From the NCBI GenBank assembly GCA_010015585.1, contig ML975149.1: 64,000 nt of DNA. The stretch is one strand, 5' to 3'. The translations under genes were made by a program, and so were the position numbers. Positions 50,621 to 62,743 of this stretch are shown one piece after another; position 1 is the stretch's first letter, and each line of letters begins with the position of its first letter. The DNA is from Eremomyces bilateralis CBS 781.70. Taxonomy: Eukaryota. Below the pieces are notes generated by a model. That model was not told where the DNA came from. It made no database searches and saw only the letters and a list, made by a program, of their open reading frames with translations.

Positions 50621-52627
50621 TTACCAGAAACCACGAAGACCGCGGGGCCTTGCTGGACTTGTTACATTATGCGACCATGTCTCCGTTCCATCAATGAATA
50701 GTCGATAGGATAGTAAACTCTGCCGAATATCGTCCGTCTGCCGAATCTCCACGGCGCCAAACTTCGAGTTTCCGTCTGGCAGGTATGCGAGAGCTACATC
50801 TTCTTGGTCCTGCTGGCTATACGTTCGTATAGGAAGATAGAACTGACTCAAGGGTCCGGTGCTGAATTCAGTGACCGTGACATTCGGTCCCCATCGATCG
50901 TTCTCGTCTGGAGGATCGAATCGAGTTGCGGCGAATTCATGACGATCTCCGCTCAGGACAACGACGCCATCGCCGTTCTGCACCGCATCCCACATTGCTT
51001 CTAGGATGACCTTTCTCTCGGAGAGATATCCTCCCCACGTATCTTCGAATCCGAATCGCCAGTTCTTGGTGAAAGGGACGCTGCTGATGACGATCTTCCA
51101 TCGCACACCTGAAGGGAGAGGCGTTTTCAACCATTTCAGCAGGTCTTGGCGTTGACCCGACCCTAGCATGGTTTTCTCAGATATCGGGGCAGATTTATCC
51201 AAAAATTCGACGGAGCGGTATCGTCGCGTGTCCATGAGGAAGATGCTTGTAGGACCTTGAGTAAAATGCGTGTAAGTCGTGTCTCCCGTGTTGGGATGTA
51301 ACGGAGGAGGATTCGGAGCGATGTGGTAGTGCATAAAAGGATCGACGGCGGCGTCATATACTCCAGTAGTATTCATATCCCAGTCGTTCGCAATTTCATG
51401 GTCATCGAGCACATGAATCCAAGGCATATCGACCGGAGGAAAATAGTCCAAAGTCATTCCTGCACTGGCTGCGGGCCAATCGGGAGACGCGTAGACTTGA
51501 CGATATGCCCGGCGGTAGTGCGAGATTGAGGATCCGTGGCGGATGGGGACATCGATGTAAATGAAATCCCCAAGGAACAGCATAAATTGTGCTCCAAGGG
51601 TCGGCATCCATTCGGCGAGATGCTTTAAGCCACCGATGCTGAGTGAGTTCGCAAAAGGAAAATAGGGGAATCGAGGAATGATGCAACTGCTATGTAGGAA
51701 CGTAAACCGATCGCCGCCGCCACGAGCAGGGTGGGACGGGATCCTTCCAACGGGCGGCGCCGTCACGAAGTAGCCGGAATGATTGTTCGACCAGGCATAT
51801 TGATAGAGGGTATCGGGTAGCAGCCTATGAATCGTCAACGTCGAGGTGTAATCCGTGGCATTACTCAACCAATCAATTTGCCCTCCAGCCTTCCACGCCG
51901 AATCTATTGGCAGTGTTAATGCACTCTTGATTCCCGCGCTCTCGGCTTGACGGTACGATAGGAAAATCGGCAACTTCGACAACTCTGGCTCTCGGACCAA
52001 AACCTTAGCGCTAGAGTCCGAGACGAAGCCAACTCGAGCAAAAGAGAGATCATGAGCTTCATGAAAAATCGCTGCCGTATAGACCATATCCAAAGTCATC
52101 AGCACCAGGCAAAAGTTGATTGCGGCGGTTACAATGGACAGGACTCGTGAGGATGGGCTTGGAGTACCCCAGACAAGAGTTGAAAAGAAACGAGACGGCT
52201 TGGGTTGGACGACCATAGTCTCCTGAACGTTCAGCTCTTCAGATGTTCCACCAACTGTGCCCGCAAGGAGGGCAACATCTTCCTGGTTCTGATGTTCAAC
52301 TCCTTCTTTGACCACGATCTCGACCTCATCGGCGAGAATATTGTAAGGGGATGTCCTCCATAAAGCGTGAACAAATGAAGTAAAATAGATTGCAGCCGAC
52401 GTCAATACGAGAGGAGGAAAATGCTAGAAAATAAGCTGGTGTCGATGATCCTCCATGCTAGAGACTTACATGACCAGGAATCTGCGTGCGGAAGAGAGAT
52501 CGGCTTAGCCAAAGCGAACCAGACTATGACAAGTTCCAAAATAACTCACCCATCTTAAGAAAAGGTACGCAAACCCTCGAAGCGATGTGGATGATATTCC
52601 GGCTATCGTCCGGGAGCTGACTGGCAT
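50621..52627 (-). CDS. PhoD-like alkaline phosphatase family membrane protein
   Basis: FLGDFIYIDVP, DDHEIANDW, MDTRRYRS, MLG..Q, SSVPFTKNW, DTWGGY, VLSGDRHEF; two short 5' exons (LFLRW / IPGH). Confidence 0.9.
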
Positions 52628-53067
52628 ATTGACAACTCGACAGTCCAAAGGAAATGCGCGATCAATGAAGAGAAGCCACGTTTCATATAATAGACGCAAT
52701 TACTGACTGGATCCTTGATAGTCACTCTACATATCAAAAGAATGAAATCCGGAGTACCTGTAATAGCCAAATAAAATTGGCGGACAAATTGTTGTTCATC
52801 CTTCGTTCTGGTTGATGATATTGGATCATAGATGTGCTTGCAGCTCTGACGTCGATCTGAAGCTATTTTGCACATTGGTTCCAAAAGTCCGCTGTACTGA
52901 GACCCTTCCTCAAGACAGCTTCGTGATACATCATCAACCAGGAAGAGGATACCAATATACTCAGTATTTACTTCGAATTCTTCGAAGGACCATCGTGTTT
53001 GATCGTCGCAACACCAACCGAATTGAATCCTCTCCGTTTGAGGAACACAGGGACATACGCAACAAGA

Positions 53068-53906
53068 ATGATGTCCGATATGTCGGCGGGGGATCCTTTC
53101 CTCCAGGTCCAAGCGTGAGTCGTTACGTTTCCAATTCCCATCAAACCATTCATGCTAACGGAAACAGAGATGTCCTCACGCTATTGCATACCACCCGCTC
53201 CCTCTTCTCTTCCTACCTTCGTATTCGCTCCTCAGCATCCTCTTCCAATTCTCCCGAACTCTCCGAAGCACGAACGGAACTCGAGTCGACTCTTCAGGAT
53301 TTGAGCGCCGACCTCCGTGATCTGGTCGAGAGCGTGAAGGCGATCGAGAGCGATCCATATAGATATGGTCTGGAAATCGATGAGGTCGAGCGCCGGAGGC
53401 GGTTGGTTGAAGAAGTTGGAGGAGAGGTCGAAGATATGCATGAGGAGCTGAAAAAGACCGTTCAAGAAGTTGAGCAAAATAACCAGAGTCATGGCGGAAG
53501 GAACTTGGACATGCTTCCGGATCCTGATGAATTCGATGAACCGGACCAATATGCAGCTTTCGAGCAAGAGCGACAAATGGAGTTGATGCATGAGCAGGAT
53601 CAAGCCTTGGATGGCGTCTTCAAAACCGTCGGCAACCTCCGATCTCAGGCAGATACCATGGGTCGGGAAATTGAAGAGCAGGACGAACTTTTGAAGGACG
53701 TTGATGTGGTTGCTGACCGTGTCGGTGGGAAACTTCAGAGTGGTATCAAGAAAATCGGACAAGTCATCAAAAAGAACGAAGGCAAGTTGATTGATCGGTC
53801 TTCATATTATAGAGCTGATTGCGATTTAGATCCATTATCGAGCTGCTGTATTGCAGTCCTCATCTTCGTCCTAATCCTGTTACTTGTCCTTTTACTCGTG
53901 CTATGA
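53068..53906 (+). CDS. TLG1: t-SNARE Tlg1/syntaxin-6
   Basis: DPFLQVQADVL, DLVESVKAIESDPYRYGL..EVERRR, SNARE motif EQDQALDGVFKTVGNLRSQADTMGREIEEQ, SSCCI plus C-terminal TM. Introns 53115-53168 (GT-AG) and 53782-53829 (GC-AG). Confidence 0.93.
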
Positions 53907-54573
53907 GTCCAACCACTACGGTTGAGCCATACGATCACTTCCCACGGCACTTTCACTTTCGATTCATTACACATCAGCCTGCTGACCTCATCTACAAACT
54001 TACCAGGTTAGACGAACTAAACGGCTGTCTTGTGATGCTCAGGCCTGGCATTACTTGAACTTACTTTGAGTTTCATCCAGCGCAAGCTTGACAATACTTC
54101 CATATTCAGGACATTCTCTGCATCACACTTTACATCTGAATGAAAACGAAGAAGTTGTACTGGACTTTCGTATAGGTATGTCTATCCCTCAGTTCCCTGG
54201 TGCCTGAGTCCGTGGTTTACTGGACTCGAAGTTCTCCACACGACTCATCTTTCAATTCTACAAATTCTCACTGAAAGAGCACAGCAGATCGCGATGACTT
54301 CACCAACCAATCAATCGAATAGTATCAAAATGACGGCGATTCCCGACAATCATGCGATGGGAAATGAGGTAGGGGACAACGAGATGGTCGTATCAAACGC
54401 AGCTGGCGTAGATCTGAAGCTCGTCCCAAGCCGCAAGACGTTCGTGACCTCCGAAGTCATCAATACTAATTACCCCACAACGCGTCCTCAGCACGAATCA
54501 CGCGCAATTCCAATTCGCAGCTAAAAACCAATTACACTGTGATTCTTCACCTCTACGATCTGAACTTTGCGCG

Positions 54574-54978
54574 ATGGACTCAAAGCGCGATTCCAACTCG
54601 CCAAATCCGATGGAGAGCTCTCTCGCACTGGCCACGGTTTCGAAGTCAGGACCCGAACGGGGACGGCCCAAGGGCTCCAAGAACAAGTTACATGGACTTA
54701 ATCCATCTCGTCGAAGTGCGCGCATCGCCACCTTGGAGCCCCGCCCCACGGCGCAACGACAGGCTTCTCAAAGCGCGAAGGCAAAGGCAAAGAGTTCTCG
54801 CTCGGCCACCGCTGCGACGCGGAAGCAACACGGTCCTCTTTCAAAGGTCACGAAAACTACTGCCAACCCTAGCAAGAAGAGGGGTCGTGGGCGTCCTGCC
54901 GGTTCGAAAACAAAAGTGAAAAATTCATTATGCGAGTACAGGACCCCGGAAAGTGCAGCTACATTCGCTGACGTTTGA
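54574..54978 (+). CDS. Small basic protein with two AT-hook motifs
   Basis: ERGRPKGSKNK and KRGRGRPAGSKTK; Lys/Arg/Ser-rich. Boundaries uncertain (possible 3' intron near 54936-54980). Confidence 0.55.
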   Translation: MDSKRDSNSPNPMESSLALATVSKSGPERGRPKGSKNKLHGLNPSRRSARIATLEPRPTAQRQASQSAKAKAKSSRSATAATRKQHGPLSKVTKTTANPSKKRGRGRPAGSKTKVKNSLCEYRTPESAATFADV

Positions 54979-55744
54979 AGTGGCCTTTGGAAGGTTGGGA
55001 TGTAGATGGAAGGTTGTCTTTCGGGGGAATGTACTGCACCAAATCCGTTCCCGTGAATCGCAACGGAAGTTTGGTCGGATATTCACGCCTGGGTTTCAAC
55101 TTTGAGTCTTCCGCAGTCTGAAATGGGGATTGCACTTGGTTCTGCTGCTTGATTAAGGCTAGGGGCCAGGCGTTTTGGTCATATTCAGTGTGGACGATGG
55201 GATATTATTAGGATTTGGCCCGTTTCTTTTCAGAAAACCGAGTCATCATCCACAATACTGAAAGTATGTTAGAGCGAAAGAATAATATTGAAAGATTACA
55301 CCGTCATAATCAACATGATGCTCTTCGTTTAAATATTGGGCTCTGCGTATATCAGTCGTGATCTTATTTTATCTGGGATGGATTTGATTCCTCCTGCCCG
55401 TTTCGCTTAAAATCATTCCGTCCTACCACCGCTAACTCTGGTAACTCAGCATTTCAACTCAGGTCTGGCTAATGTTAAGAATGCTGATACCTTCTCTATT
55501 ATTCTTCTACTAGTGGTAGCTATGCTCTCATGGTCACTGATAAACGAGAGATTATTTTCAGGGATAAGGCACTAATAGAAGCGCATCATCGAACCATGAA
55601 ATTAAGGAATAGAATATATTTTATGCGTTCTGGTTTTGATCAATTTTTAATGTATTTCTTATTCTCTATTATTGACCCTGTTTTACCTTTTGGGTTTTGA
55701 TGCGTAGAGTCTGAGTGATTGTGTATATAGTAGGAGATTCATTA

Positions 55745-56398
55745 AGTCAGTCAACGGACCCAGTTTCTGTGCACCCCCACCACAACTCCAATAGGACACA
55801 AAGACGAATGGATTTTGCGGAATTTAGCCACCACCATATATTTTTCTAAAACTGTAGTTGAAATTGTGGATAGAGTGGCTTAAACGTTGCCCTCTGCAAT
55901 TATCAAGACTTTTCCTCCGGGTTAATTTGGAGGCGTTTTGCAGCCTTTTGTTCCCTCTCCCTAGCTGCCTCCTGAGCCGCAACAATCTGATCAATCTGAA
56001 CCCGTTTCCTTTTCTTGCCTGCAGGCCCACCTAAGTCTGCAATTGTATTTTCAGCCCTTTTGAAGTTCGGCTTTGAGTCGAGCGATTTCCGTGTTCTTCT
56101 CTGCCAGCGCCTTTGCGACCTTCCCCTGAAACCTCCTGAAGTCCCGGCCCCCCATTTCGTCTAATTTGGCATCGTATATATCTTTGGGGCCTTTGGGCGT
56201 ACGGAATGCATAAGTATACTGGGGCTCTGGAGTAATATGACGTTGTATTTGATGGTTCTCGTTTAATTAGGTGCTATTTAATACTTTGTCTGGGTTGAAC
56301 GGAACCATTCCAGTTCCACGGAAGCCGGCACGAATATTGTACGAATTCAAAGCTTCTTTTCGGGATTTAGAGTATATAGATATAAAATTATGCTTTTT
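55745..56398 (-). mobile_element. 3' end of a degenerate pogo/Fot1-like DNA transposon, truncated by the gap
   Basis: KHNFISIYSKSRKEALNSYNIRAGFRGTGMVPFNPDKVL is the post-DDE segment of Fot1-type transposases; in-frame stops follow; TA + AGTCAGTCAAC...GCACCCCCACC at 55743-55781 resembles a Fot1-type terminus. Confidence 0.75.
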
Positions 56399-57308
56399 NN
56401 NNNNNNNNNNNNNNNNNNNNNNNNNNNNNNNNNNNNNNNNNNNNNNNNNNNNNNNNNNNNNNNNNNNNNNNNNNNNNNNNNNNNNNNNNNNNNNNNNNNN
56501 NNNNNNNNNNNNNNNNNNNNNNNNNNNNNNNNNNNNNNNNNNNNNNNNNNNNNNNNNNNNNNNNNNNNNNNNNNNNNNNNNNNNNNNNNNNNNNNNNNNN
56601 NNNNNNNNNNNNNNNNNNNNNNNNNNNNNNNNNNNNNNNNNNNNNNNNNNNNNNNNNNNNNNNNNNNNNNNNNNNNNNNNNNNNNNNNNNNNNNNNNNNN
56701 NNNNNNNNNNNNNNNNNNNNNNNNNNNNNNNNNNNNNNNNNNNNNNNNNNNNNNNNNNNNNNNNNNNNNNNNNNNNNNNNNNNNNNNNNNNNNNNNNNNN
56801 NNNNNNNNNNNNNNNNNNNNNNNNNNNNNNNNNNNNNNNNNNNNNNNNNNNNNNNNNNNNNNNNNNNNNNNNNNNNNNNNNNNNNNNNNNNNNNNNNNNN
56901 NNNNNNNNNNNNNNNNNNNNNNNNNNNNNNNNNNNNNNNNNNNNNNNNNNNNNNNNNNNNNNNNNNNNNNNNNNNNNNNNNNNNNNNNNNNNNNNNNNNN
57001 NNNNNNNNNNNNNNNNNNNNNNNNNNNNNNNNNNNNNNNNNNNNNNNNNNNNNNNNNNNNNNNNNNNNNNNNNNNNNNNNNNNNNNNNNNNNNNNNNNNN
57101 NNNNNNNNNNNNNNNNNNNNNNNNNNNNNNNNNNNNNNNNNNNNNNNNNNNNNNNNNNNNNNNNNNNNNNNNNNNNNNNNNNNNNNNNNNNNNNNNNNNN
57201 NNNNNNNNNNNNNNNNNNNNNNNNNNNNNNNNNNNNNNNNNNNNNNNNNNNNNNNNNNNNNNNNNNNNNNNNNNNNNNNNNNNNNNNNNNNNNNNNNNNN
57301 NNNNNNNN
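56399..57308. other. Assembly gap (N run)
   Basis: About 910 consecutive N. Confidence 1.
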
Positions 57309-57875
57309 GTAAGCTCGTGTCGTTGTGGTATTAACAGGTTCCGATAGAGGGGCCTTAACAAGCGCTCCCGTTGCGAAGAGGCCCTCCGGCCTTAACAGAG
57401 TTCACCTAGATTTATACAAGTTAGCCTTAACGAGTTTTTGGAATTAGGATTGTTCCAAACCCTCGCTACACGCAGCTCATTGCTCACGCGTAACGCCAGA
57501 GTAGGCGAGCCCGAGGGTGTCCTGTTAGAGGCCTAAGACGCGTCCTCATCCACCTGATAATAAGTCAGGCTTCCGGATCCAGCTGCGAGCTAGATAGACC
57601 CCTATCGGATGGTTTTAATCTCCCATTTTTATCCCTCAAGAGGCCTCCCTTGATGAAAGGACACCGTGTCTAAGCGGAGGCAGTAAACACAGTCGTGCTG
57701 GTGTTGGTGGTATGGGGATACCACGCCCAACGCTTACGACCTGCACGCGTAACGCGCGCGTCTCTCTCATCGCCACTGCACTTAGCCATCGATAGAGAAC
57801 TCTTCCCCATCAATGTTTCCACCCGCGGCGACGTGGACGCGTGCAGTTGGACTTCGCGGGCGATGAAGATAACTT

Positions 57876-57982
57876 AAATACATAGGAGAAGACTGAAGAG
57901 TCCTGATTAGACCTAGCCCAGGGGTAGGGGGCAGTGAAAGGAATGTTAGGTGGCAGTAGAAACCAACAGGGGAATCTTGCGA
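57876..57982 (+). repeat. 107-bp direct repeat, copy 1
   Basis: Aligns without gaps to 60114-60220 with about 13 mismatches by manual count. Confidence 0.95.
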
Positions 57983-58159
57983 CAGGGAGGGCGGAGGGAG
58001 GAAAATGCCTGAGCTAAGCGCCACCAAGTCACAGCTATAGAGTACCGATAGAGCGATAGTTACCACGGACGCTTTACTGCAAAAGACTTAACACTGCGCG
58101 ATGTCTTCGCCAGTAACCAGCCACCACGAAGACCTTCAGATAAGTGGCATACTCAAGCA

Positions 58160-59993
58160 TTCCAAATCTGTGTCAATCACGTGAAAATTGCCCGTTCCCC
58201 ACTATTATACTTTTCACCACTTCCACTACCAATTTAGTATTAAGAACAGAGAGATTTTGGCGTTATATTTGAGATACAAGGAGCTAAGCGAAGAAGTAAT
58301 TATTACCTTCGTTTTCTAGGCACTTAACGAGCGAATGCCTAAAGCGATCGGTCTCCATATCAACTTTCTCCCTGGGGACATTGTGCCACGCATGTTCCAA
58401 CGCAACGATAGCCTTTTCACGAGACAGCTTCCCCCTTGATGTCCGTAAATCCTCAAATGGTAAGTGATCCTTGATATAATGCCAAATTCGTTCAACCTTG
58501 TTCAGATCTGGGGATCGCGGAGGCCACTTCACCACGTTGATTCCGAGCTCCTGACGCTCCTCAAAGGTAATCTTCCTTGCCTTTGTATGGGGAGATGCGT
58601 TGTCCTCGATAATCCAAACAGTCCTACCTGTATCCCGAGCCACGTCTTGTGCGAAAGGAAAAAGCTTTTCGCGCAGGATTGTCTGTCTGTACCGTGCCCA
58701 ATCTATACCGCCCTTGGTCTTGCCTGAACGTGTTGCGAGCTCCCGTTTGAACTCCCATTCGGGCCTTCGATTTCGCCTGCGTGTACCGTTTTCGCGGTTC
58801 TCCCTAGTTTTGAAATCAAATTAACGTGGCGATTACGGTTTGGTTGGTTCAGACCGAAAAGAGTCCGGAAACGAACGCAGGATATTAGCACCACAGAAGT
58901 GCCAAATCCGACCTTTTGGCACCGTCTCACTACTTACCTCTGTATATCCTCGTTCATTTCATGTATCTCTCGGAATTGATGAGTGCCAGGCTGCCGTGCA
59001 GCGGCTCTGTCCTGCTCCATTAACCGCTCCTTTTCAGCGTTCTCTTGGTCGATATTTTCCTTCAACTTTTGCGTCTCCTCTATGGTCTCCCGGGACCAGG
59101 TGTGACAGGGCCCTGTACCGTACAGATCGTATCCGTAGACAATTGCGCCCCAAAACATAATTGCAGGCTGGATCTCGTCGGCTGGTGGTCGTGAGTAATT
59201 GAATGGGTTCTCTCCTACCTCCCAGGTAACGGCAGGAGGTTTATTATGTCGATCCGTATCGATAGACACCTCGTCTGTAAAGATAAAGAGATCTCCTCGA
59301 TCTAGCTTAGGGAGTGCCCATTCTGCGAGCTGTATACGGAACCGTTTGTGCCAGAATTCGAGGTGAAGTTTACGTGGTGGGCGCCTTCGTCGGAGGTAGT
59401 GATCTTCGTGAAGAGTCCTCCATCCCGTTGTTTGTGAGATAGGTTCTCCGTATACCCGTGAAAAATCGTCGATTACATGTCGCCAGGGCGTGTCTTGGGC
59501 CTCTTCTGTACATTGCGCATGGATCCGAAGGGCATCGGAGGTCTGCGGGGAAATCGCATGGGGTCTGCCAGGACGAGCTTCAAGATAGTCCCGAGGGCGA
59601 TCCTGTACGATCGCATCTAGGATATCTGGTAAACTCGGAACGAAATTGACTGGTAAATCTCTCGATAAGGCTTGTATCTCACGGGCACGCCTAGAGATAC
59701 GCGATAGCGCCTTTTGGGCAGTATCCGGTCTAACCCGGATTAGGCTAGAGATCTGCGGAAGATTCTGCCCTAAACGGTGCGCCGTCGCGATGCTTGCGAT
59801 TTGGGGACCTGTAAGTCTTGGTCTCTGTGGTGCACGTCGTTGCGGAGGCATTGAATAAAGCGAAAAGTGAAAATAAAGTCAGACTTGGCTAGATATCTTA
59901 GTATTTACTAGCTAAATTGATCGTGATCTCTTACTATTATAGAGTTAGTGAGGGTTGGCGAGGCCTCTGCACGTGATTGATAGAGTATTGAAA
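58160..59993 (-). mobile_element. Tc1/mariner-superfamily element with degenerate inverted repeats
   Basis: 58160-58183 matches the reverse complement of 59970-59993 at 19/24, with perfect 11-bp core TCAATCACGTG; encloses the transposase gene. Exact termini and TA duplication not clear. Confidence 0.65.
58284..59851 (-). CDS. Intact Tc1-like DD36E transposase, 2 exons, about 477 aa
   Basis: N-terminal HTH-like region and RPGRP, FIFTDE, IMFWGAI, GGIDWARY, IEDNASPH, WPPRSPDLNKVERIW. Removing 58804-58937 (GTAAGT..TAG) fuses both ORFs with no stop. Confidence 0.88.
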
Positions 59994-60113
59994 TTTCCTA
60001 AGGCAACCTTTGGTTGAGTATCAACCAGGTAGCTCGGCGGTCGCTCGCGCGAAAGACTGGGTTATCAGGCGGCTTTGGCACGCCATAACCTGTGGCGCTG
60101 ACCCTTGATAACA

Positions 60114-60220
60114 AAATATGTAGGAGAAGACTGAGGAGTCCTGATTAGGCCTAGCCCAGTGGTAATAGGCAGTAAAAGGAATGTTAGGTGGGAGTAGAAA
60201 CCAAGAAGGGCATCTTGCGA
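60114..60220 (+). repeat. 107-bp direct repeat, copy 2
   Basis: Ungapped match to 57876-57982. Confidence 0.95.
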
Positions 60221-60612
60221 GTTGTGACAGATGCCCTCAAACACTTGGTAAAGATAGAACCAATGCCTGCAGAGGGTAGCTAGCGCATACAAGCGAACAC
60301 CAAATGCGGCCCTAGAAAGAGAAATGGGCTACGTTCCCACCCCCGCTCTACTATAGTATATACAGGCGGCCCGTTACCAATTTGCCGCAGAGTCCGCCCA
60401 AGCCGCCCAAGCCGCCGACGCCAGCTGGCGGTTTTGTAGGAACAGGGGGATAAACATAAGACCGAGGTTTCCCCACCCAAACGACTAGTAGTCAAACATC
60501 GTTATCTTCGAAGTGGAAGGATACTCAAGGGCGTATCATCCGCATCCGTCTATTACAAAAGCCAGCGCTTCCAGTGGAGACACAGAAGGACACCTGACAC
60601 CGATTTATCTAC

Positions 60613-62020
60613 ATGGCTAGCACCGAGCCGGAACATCTGGCGGCAACTGAGGGGACCGGGGAAATCGCTCTGGTGGGTCTCAAACTGGGTCGTCCCATGC
60701 GGCTACCACGACCTTATTTCACGATACTAATGTTGGATCAAACCAGGATGGCCAACAAGAGACAGATTCGGCGTATGCGGAATCGTACGTAACCCGACAA
60801 TTGTTAGGTAGAGGCCAGCAATGTTGATCATATGGTTTCTACAGCACTCATGAGAGCGATACGACATCGCTAAAATCGAGCATACGGAACTATCGCTGGC
60901 ATCACGGGAGGCGTTATCATTCGTATGGGGAAGGGGAGTATTGGGGGCCTAACGATGATGAACAATTGGACAATGAAGATTTCGGGTCAGCAATCTTGCC
61001 AGCTTTGCAGGTTTATATCTGGTCACTAAGGAGGAGTTTAGGCATCAAATGTTCATCAAGATCCTGAAAGACAACCTGTTCGTCGCCCCGATAGGTGAAG
61101 ACCCGCAGGTATGCGATCAGTCTAAAGTCAAAGATAAGACTGACGAGCTTCCGATACAGCGGATTCTTGATATTGGAACTGGCTCTGGGATTTGGGCTAT
61201 GTTCGTGCCCCTCTATTCAGCTCAGGCTAGAAGTGTCTTGGCTGCTTACACTACCATCCTTCTCGCAGTGATGTCGCCGATCAATACCCATCTGCCGAAG
61301 TTATCGGTGTTGACATATCCCCCGTCCAACCGTCTTTTGTCCCTCCTAACTGCCGCTTTGAGCTCGACGACGCTACTCAGCCGTGGACTTTCCAAGAGAA
61401 CCACTTTGACTTCATCCATATCCGCATGATGAACGGATGTGTGCCGGATTGGACGGCTTTCTACCGGCAAGCTCTGAAACACATTAGACCTGGCGGCTGG
61501 TTTGAACAGGTCGAGCTTTCTATCCACACGCATTGCGACGATGGCAGCCTTCCCGATGACTCCGTTTTTCATAAATGGGCACATCTATTCATCGAAATTG
61601 GCCAGAAAATTGGAAGGACGTTCGAGGTAGCAGAGAGTGCTCCAGAATGGCTCAAAGCGGCCGGATTTGTGAACGTGACAAACCAAACTATCAAGGTTCC
61701 TCTGGGGCCTTGGGCAAAAGAAAAACATTTGAAGGAGCTTGGCCTTTGGAGCCGAGTGTACTTGGAGAATAATCTCGAAGGCTTCGCCTTAAAAGTGACT
61801 ACAATGTTCGCTGGTTGGTCAGTCGAAGAGGCGCAAGTCTTCTTCGCTAAAATGCGCAAGTCTCTGCGTGACCCATCTATACACAGCTATATATACCTGT
61901 AAGCGCTCCAGCTCCCCTCATTTCGCGCAGATGTTTCCCTTATATCGAAGAAAGCATCTGCCGTAGTAGCTGACTATAGAGCGTAGGAAGGTGGTTACTG
62001 GACAGAAGGCAAACGAGTAA
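60613..62020 (+). CDS. SAM-dependent methyltransferase, LaeA-like/TAM-domain family, 7 exons
   Basis: TTSLKSSIRNYRWHHGRRYH, YWGPNDD, RILDIGTGSGIWA, VIGVDISPVQPSFVPPNCRFELDD, FDFIHIR, IRPGGWFEQVE, KVPLGPWAKE; TAA 62018-62020. Confidence 0.92.
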
Positions 62021-62150
62021 CATGTGAGCGAGTATTTGGCTTGTCGCTAAATTGGGAATTGGCAAAGAAGCGGTAGATGCCGTCATCTCGGATCACCTCT
62101 TGATACATACGCTACTAACGGCCTATTTATGGAACTAAGGAAGTGCTAGG

Positions 62151-62294
62151 TGTTCGATATCAAACATCCCTATGGGATCAGGTGGTCACTACCCGATGGG
62201 GACTAGCCCCATCGGAAAGATCCTCCTCCGACGGATACTCCTAGAAAATAAAATCAACAAGGATCGCATACAACTTTGAACCGGTTATAAGCTC
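62151..62294 (+). mobile_element. Possible short copia-type LTR relic with primer-site-like motif
   Basis: Begins TGTT, contains hairpin CCGATGGGG-ACTAG-CCCCATCGG (62193-62215), followed by GGTTATAAGCTC (62283-62294), similar to the GGTTATGAGC motif that follows 5' LTRs of fungal copia elements. Confidence 0.35.
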
Positions 62295-62359
62295 TTAGAA
62301 TTTGGAATATCTGAAGAGGATCAATATTCTAAGATTGGAATATCTACAGAGGCGTAATC

Positions 62360-62692
62360 TGTAACGCAGAGGTAAAGAGACGATCAAGTTCGATAAGGGT
62401 AATATGTTACAATAGGAAACTAATCCCAAGGGATCTGTCCAAAGGTCTCTGTAAGAGTCTTGCCCTGTACACCCAGACTATTGGTTATGGCCTAACAGCC
62501 TCAGACTGGTGCTGGTGCATTCTTATTTGTCTTTACCTATCTCTATTACTATGGCAGTATGGCTTGATCCCCTCTATAGCCTGCTTAGCAACCTCCGTCG
62601 TTAGATGAGTTCTTTGCTGATATCGAGCGTCGACGACTTCAGCCTGTTTTATATAACTAACTTAACTGCAGTAACTTTAGCATAGTGTGACA
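62360..62692. mobile_element. Probable solo LTR (333 bp)
   Basis: Termini TGTAAC...GTGACA (imperfect inverted TG..CA), non-coding, TpA-rich, in a TE nest. No target-site duplication seen. Confidence 0.5.
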
Positions 62693-62708
62693 GTCTTGGC
62701 TTCGCCCA

Positions 62709-62743
62709 GTGTTAAGGAGCTGTGTTAAGGAGCTGTGTTAGGA
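62709..62743 (+). repeat. 13-bp tandem repeat GTGTTAAGGAGCT x2.7, possibly a reiterated LTR terminus
   Basis: gtgttaaggagct gtgttaaggagct gtgttagga read directly. Confidence 0.8.

Noticed and set aside
56267..57361. Long ORFs of 314-364 aa in the ORF track
   Set aside because: Artefacts of translating through the N gap.
57309..57430. CCTTAAC(A) repeats right of the gap as an LTR or array
   Set aside because: Short, irregular and cut by the gap; cannot be classified. Not a CRISPR-like array.
57893..57965. Hammerhead ribozyme reading of the 107-bp repeat (CTGANGAGTCC ... GAAA)
   Set aside because: CUGANGA is present in both copies but no stem II closes directly onto a GAAA, one GAAA is AAAA in copy 2, and stems I/III cannot be built by eye.
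57782..60292. Similar minus-strand peptides from ORFs 57782-58066 and 60065-60292
   Set aside because: Similarity is confined to the DNA repeat and the differences are mostly non-synonymous, so there is no sign of coding constraint.
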